Virus record (IMG/VR): IMGVR_UViG_2778261086_000004
Origin: a virus
Lineage: Duplodnaviria; Heunggongvirae; Uroviricota; Caudoviricetes
Length of the DNA stretch: 10,801 nucleotides
Direction: 5' to 3' (one strand)
Part shown: piece by piece, positions 8,603-10,801 of the stretch
Layout of the letters: each line of letters begins with the position of its first letter
Position numbering within the stretch: the stretch's first letter is position 1
Made by a program: the position numbers and the translations under genes
The notes under the pieces: generated by a model
The model's input: only the letters and a program-made list of their open reading frames with translations
The model's database searches: none
What the model was told of the DNA's origin: nothing

Positions 8603-9517
8603 TTACTTATCCTTTAGAATGTATCTTGGTCGTTGCTTAACTTCAACATAAATTCTTCCTATATACTCTCCAAGAACTCCTATGCCTATTAACTGAACTC
8701 CACCAAGAAACAATATTGATACAATGATAGAAGGGTAACCTGGAACACTATTTCCAAACATCAATTTATCAGCAATCATCCATGCTCCATAAAGGAATGA
8801 TAAGGTTGCCACAAACAGGCCTATATAAGTCCACATGCGCAAAGGGAAAGTAGAAAAGCTAGTGATCCCTTCCAGCGCTAAGTTCCAGAGCTTCCATCCA
8901 TTGAACTTTGTGCTTCCTGCAACGCGTTCTGCTCGCGCATATTCTACGACATCGGTTCGACCACCAACCCAGCTCAGCACACCCTTCATAAACAGGTTTC
9001 GTTCTGGCATGAGCTTAATGTTTTCTACTACTTCGCGAGACATGAGCCGGAAGTCGCCAACATTTTCTTCTATCTTAGGGTTGCTGATTTTGTTATGAAG
9101 TTTATAGAACCACTCAGCAGATTTACGCTTCAGCCTGCTGTCAGTGGAGCGGTCAGAGCGTTTAGCCAGAACCATATCTGCACCGGCCTGCCATTTCTCT
9201 ATCAAGTGAGGAATAACTTCGATAGGGTCTTGCAGATCAACGTCAATCGGGATAATTGCCTCCCCGGTAGCATGGTCCAGACCTGCGAACAGGGCGGGTT
9301 CTTTGCCGAAGTTACGTGTGAACGACAGCGAAACCACAAGCGGGTCGGCAACAGCAAGCTCGTTGATAATTGATTCTGTAGCGTCTTTGCTGCCATCGTT
9401 TATGAAGACTATCTCGACTTCATGCTGCTGAAGCCCTTCAAATTCGCGCACGGTTTTATAAAAAATAGGTATCGTGGCCTCTTCGTTAAAGACCGGAACG
9501 ACTAAAGAAATTTTCAT
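8603..9517 (-). CDS. gtrB: Bactoprenol glucosyltransferase GtrB (GT2 family)
   Basis: 304-aa protein beginning [13 protein letters not shown]..., with the DxD region (IPIDVDLQD) and C-terminal TM helices; near-identical in pattern to Shigella/Salmonella phage GtrB as recalled. ATGA overlap with gtrA. Confidence 0.92.
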   Translation of the reverse strand: MKISLVVPVFNEEATIPIFYKTVREFEGLQQHEVEIVFINDGSKDATESIINELAVADPLVVSLSFTRNFGKEPALFAGLDHATGEAIIPIDVDLQDPIEVIPHLIEKWQAGADMVLAKRSDRSTDSRLKRKSAEWFYKLHNKISNPKIEENVGDFRLMSREVVENIKLMPERNLFMKGVLSWVGGRTDVVEYARAERVAGSTKFNGWKLWNLALEGITSFSTFPLRMWTYIGLFVATLSFLYGAWMIADKLMFGNSVPGYPSIIVSILFLGGVQLIGIGVLGEYIGRIYVEVKQRPRYILKDK

Positions 9518-9876
9518 TTCGCATCCCTAAAGACAATGAACTTTGAATAGACGAAACCGCACACCAGGCTGATGGCGGAGAAGGTGACAAGAGTTATCAT
9601 CGGGGGAAGTGCGCATCTATCAGCAGCCCATCCAACAGTAGCACTGAGTGTTCCCATGAACCCGACATATAACATGTAGCGCATCGTTGTAGTTGATGCT
9701 TTGAATGTGAATTTTGCATTCGCGAAGAAGCTAAAACTCACAGCCACAACGAAACCTGCGAAGTTTGCCAGAGCCTGATTGGTATGTGCGGCATAGATAC
9801 ATACACCAAAAACCACCCAGTGTATAAGTGTGTTCAGCACACCAATCGAGGTGTACCTTGCAAATATATTTAACAT
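9514..9876 (-). CDS. gtrA: Bactoprenol-linked glucose translocase (flippase) GtrA
   Basis: 120-aa small membrane protein ([24 protein letters not shown]...[13 protein letters not shown]) closely matching GtrA of serotype-converting phages as recalled; first gene of the gtr operon. Confidence 0.92.
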   Translation of the reverse strand: MLNIFARYTSIGVLNTLIHWVVFGVCIYAAHTNQALANFAGFVVAVSFSFFANAKFTFKASTTTMRYMLYVGFMGTLSATVGWAADRCALPPMITLVTFSAISLVCGFVYSKFIVFRDAK

Positions 9877-10038
9877 TTATTTAATCAATGAGTTCTGAAA
9901 GGTATGAAGTCTATCATCCAAGTCTCAATCGATCGATACTTGCGGTAGTTGATGAGGAAAACTCTGGTACACAAAGCTTTGCACTGGACTGCAAGGTGTT
10001 GTGCTTCTCTGGAGTGCGATATGTTTGATGACAAAAAA

Positions 10039-10073
10039 TTAGCGCAAGAGGACAAAAAATCACCTTGCGCTAA
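10039..10073 (-). terminator. Lambda sib/tI-like hairpin (integrase retroregulation element), minus-strand orientation
   Basis: Inverted repeat ttagcgcaag (10039-10048) and cttgcgctaa (10064-10073) with a 15-nt loop, followed on the minus strand by TTTTTTGTCA; sequence and position just outside the attP P arm match the lambda sib region as recalled. Confidence 0.5.
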
Positions 10074-10083
10074 TGCTCTGTCT

Positions 10084-10242
10084 CAGGTCACTAATACCAT
10101 CTAAGTAGTTGATTCATAGTGACTGGATATGTTGTGTTTTGTAGTATCATGCAGTCTATTTTTTAGACTAAATGTATTTTAACGCATTGATATTGTTGGC
10201 TTTTGCTGTTTCGCGTTCAGCTTTTTTATACTAACTTGAGCG
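10084..10242 (+). other. attR (P arm, core, B') of a lambda-type site-specific recombination system at the E. coli attB-lambda site
   Basis: Arm-type sites CAGGTCACTAATAC (10084-10097) and CATAGTGACTGG (about 10115-10128); the first roughly 75 bp of the arm are near-identical to the lambda attP P arm and the rest is diverged. Core GCTTTTTTATACTAA at 10220-10234 is followed by the bacterial B' sequence CTTGAGCGAAACG. Confidence 0.85.
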
Positions 10243-10293
10243 AAACGGGAAGGTAAAAAGACAAAAAGTTGTTTTTAATACCTTTAAGTGATA

Positions 10294-10316
10294 CCAGATG
10301 GCATTGCGCCATCTGG
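10294..10316 (-). terminator. Possible transcription terminator or stabilising hairpin downstream of ybhB
   Basis: 9-bp perfect stem ccagatggc / gccatctgg with 5-nt loop just 3' of the ybhB stop on the minus strand; the downstream U-tract is weak, so confidence is low. Confidence 0.3.
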
Positions 10317-10324
10317 CAGAGTGA

Positions 10325-10801
10325 TTAACTAAACATCGCAGTAATCGAGGCGCTTGCCAGAGAGTGGAAATGAACGTTAAACCCGACCATCGCGCCGCTG
10401 GCACCTTCATCGACATCAATACGTTCTATATCCAGCGCGTGAACGGTAAAAATGTAGCGATGAGTTTCGCCTTTCGGCGGTGCTGCGCCATCGTACCCGG
10501 TTTTACCAAAGTCGGTACGCGTCTGCAAAACGCCGTCTGGCATTGCTACCAGACCAGAGCCAAACCCTTGCGGTAATACGCGGGTATCAGCGGGTAAGTT
10601 AACAACTACCCAGTGCCACCAGCCGGAGCCGGTTGGCGCATCCGGGTCGTAGCAGGTGACAACAAAACTTTTCGTTCCCGCAGGAACATCATCCCACGCC
10701 AGATGCGGTGAAATATTATCGCCATCGTAACCCATGCCGTTAAAGACATGACGATGCGGCAATTTATCGCCATCGCGCAGATCGTTACTGATGAGTTTCA
10801 T
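10325..10801 (-). CDS. ybhB: Host PEBP/RKIP-family protein YbhB (complete, 158 aa)
   Basis: ORF translation MKLISNDLRDGDKLPHRHVFNGMGYDGDNISPHLAWDDVPAGTKSFVVTCYDPDAP... matches E. coli YbhB as recalled; ybhB is the gene beside attB-lambda on the bio side, transcribed toward the att site, as seen here. Confidence 0.9.
   Translation of the reverse strand: MKLISNDLRDGDKLPHRHVFNGMGYDGDNISPHLAWDDVPAGTKSFVVTCYDPDAPTGSGWWHWVVVNLPADTRVLPQGFGSGLVAMPDGVLQTRTDFGKTGYDGAAPPKGETHRYIFTVHALDIERIDVDEGASGAMVGFNVHFHSLASASITAMFS

Larger units (their letters stand above)
1..10234. mobile_element. Right-hand (attR-proximal) part of a mosaic lambdoid prophage with P22-like virion genes; continues beyond the left window edge
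   Basis: Synteny of ejection-protein genes, tailspike and gtrABC as in P22-like phages, ending in a lambda-type attP arm plus core joined to host B' arm and ybhB. The integrase end is not in the window. Confidence 0.8.

Noticed and set aside
8835-9396. ORFs 8835..9098 (+), 9095..9373 (+) and 9202..9396 (-) inside gtrB
   Set aside because: Embedded in or antisense to the highly conserved gtrB reading frame; no independent signals.
9877-10242. Integrase or excisionase gene expected next to the att site
   Set aside because: No ORF of suitable size is present; in lambda-type prophages int/xis sit at the attL end, so their absence here is expected rather than a deletion.
10231-10576. ORFs 10231..10419 (-) and 10364..10576 (+) overlapping the att core and ybhB
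   Set aside because: Out-of-frame or antisense overlaps with the recognised ybhB frame and the att site and terminator hairpin.

Overview
This window appears to be the attR-proximal end of a mosaic lambdoid prophage with P22-like virion genes, sitting at the phage lambda attachment site next to the host gene ybhB. All calls rest on reading the sequence and on recalled reference sequences; no database search was run. Left to right: three plus-strand genes whose sizes (224+, 470, 609 aa) and order match the P22 ejection proteins gp7/gp20/gp16; an AT-rich accessory cassette of small uncharacterised ORFs (3924-5036) where P22 carries sieA/immI; an intergenic region with two intrinsic terminators, a 23-bp perfect palindrome and a 20-bp direct repeat; a tailspike gene with a P22-type N-terminal head-binding domain; and a convergent gtrA-gtrB-gtrC O-antigen glucosylation operon on the minus strand. 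A lambda-type sib/tI hairpin, attP P arm and 15-bp core (GCTTTTTTATACTAA, 10220-10234) are then joined to the bacterial B' arm and a complete ybhB. No rRNA, tRNA or CRISPR array was recognised. The most likely place for something undescribed is the small-gene cassette between gene 16 and the tailspike, including a 121-aa protein with an HECAH motif.
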